Source: Escherichia coli (GTDB lineage Bacteria > Pseudomonadota > Gammaproteobacteria > Enterobacterales > Enterobacteriaceae). Taken from it: DNA of 5,880 bases. The notes beneath the pieces are model-generated. The model was given only the letters and a program-made list of their open reading frames with translations. It made no database searches and was not told where the DNA came from. A program made the translations under genes and the position numbers. Below are positions 5,568-5,880 of this stretch, piece by piece; positions within the stretch are counted from its first letter, which is position 1, and each line of letters starts with the position of its first letter. Location: NCBI RefSeq assembly GCF_030013595.1, contig NZ_CP122773.1, one strand, 5' to 3'.

Positions 5568-5880
5568 ATGCTCACGATACGGGTTACTGATGATGAACAT
5601 GCCCGGTTACTGGAACGCTGTGAGGGTAAACAACTGGCGGTATGGATGCGGCGGGTCTGCCTGGGGGAGCCGGTTGCCCGTTCCGGAAAACTGCCGACAC
5701 TGGCACCGCCGTTACTGCGTCAGCTGGCCGCCATCGGAAATAACCTGAATCAGACAGCCCGTAAGGTGAACAGCGGGCAGTGGTCTTCCGGTGACCGGGT
5801 TCAGGTGGTGGCCGCACTGATGGCCATCGGGGATGAGCTGCGCCGGCTGCGTCTGGCTGTCAGGGAACAGGGGGCGCGGG
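5568..5880 (+). CDS. mbeC: Mobilization protein MbeC (3'-partial, runs off window end)
   Basis: ATG at 5568; open frame to window end translating MLTIRVTDDEHARLLERCEGKQLAVWMRRVCLGEPVARSGKLPTLAPPLLRQLAAIGNNLNQTARKVNSGQWSSGDRVQVVAALMAIGDELRRLRLAVREQGAR, matching ColE1/pMB1 MbeC as recalled; not in the ORF track because it has no stop in-window. In-frame ATGs at 5535, 5544 and 5553 are alternative starts. Confidence 0.85.
   Translation, partial: MLTIRVTDDEHARLLERCEGKQLAVWMRRVCLGEPVARSGKLPTLAPPLLRQLAAIGNNLNQTARKVNSGQWSSGDRVQVVAALMAIGDELRRLRLAVREQGAR

Noticed and set aside
5504-5575. N-terminal extension of rop to 87 aa (ATG at 5575)
   Set aside because: Canonical Rop is 63 aa starting at the GTG with a GGAGG SD; the extension would run into the divergent mbeC start region.
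5584-5817. 77-aa minus-strand ORF antisense to mbeC
   Set aside because: Pro/Ala-rich antisense shadow of GC-rich mbeC.
1-5880. CRISPR arrays, tRNA/rRNA genes, IS elements or transposase genes
   Set aside because: No spaced direct repeats, no tRNA-like or rRNA-like sequence, and no transposase-like ORF or terminal inverted repeats seen; the only mobility signals are the mob/oriT functions and the Xer sites.

Overview
The window reads as a ColE1/pMB1-family mobilizable plasmid backbone carrying a ~2.5 kb AT-rich cargo insert. Backbone (+ strand unless noted): mbeA relaxase (1-1554) with mbeB and mbeD nested in an alternate frame, a cer-like Xer multimer-resolution site (1560-1759), the ColE1-type origin with RNA II (+) and antisense RNA I (-) at 4330-4920, an oriT/bom region (~5150-5300), rop (-) and the 5' part of mbeC running off the window end. 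Because mbeA starts at base 1 and mbeC is cut about 3 codons short at base 5880, the window is probably a ~5.9 kb circular plasmid linearised at the mbeA start. The cargo (about 1760-4300, all minus strand, visibly lower GC) encodes a YfjP/YeeP/YkfA-like P-loop GTPase, a 144-aa cysteine-rich protein with a triplicated C-x5-C-x2-C motif directly upstream of it, and a 270-aa protein that may be EcsC-like. This three-gene module sits right against the Xer core and is the candidate undescribed system; its function (possibly phage defence or another accessory trait) is inference only. All family assignments are from recalled motifs and sequences, not from any search.
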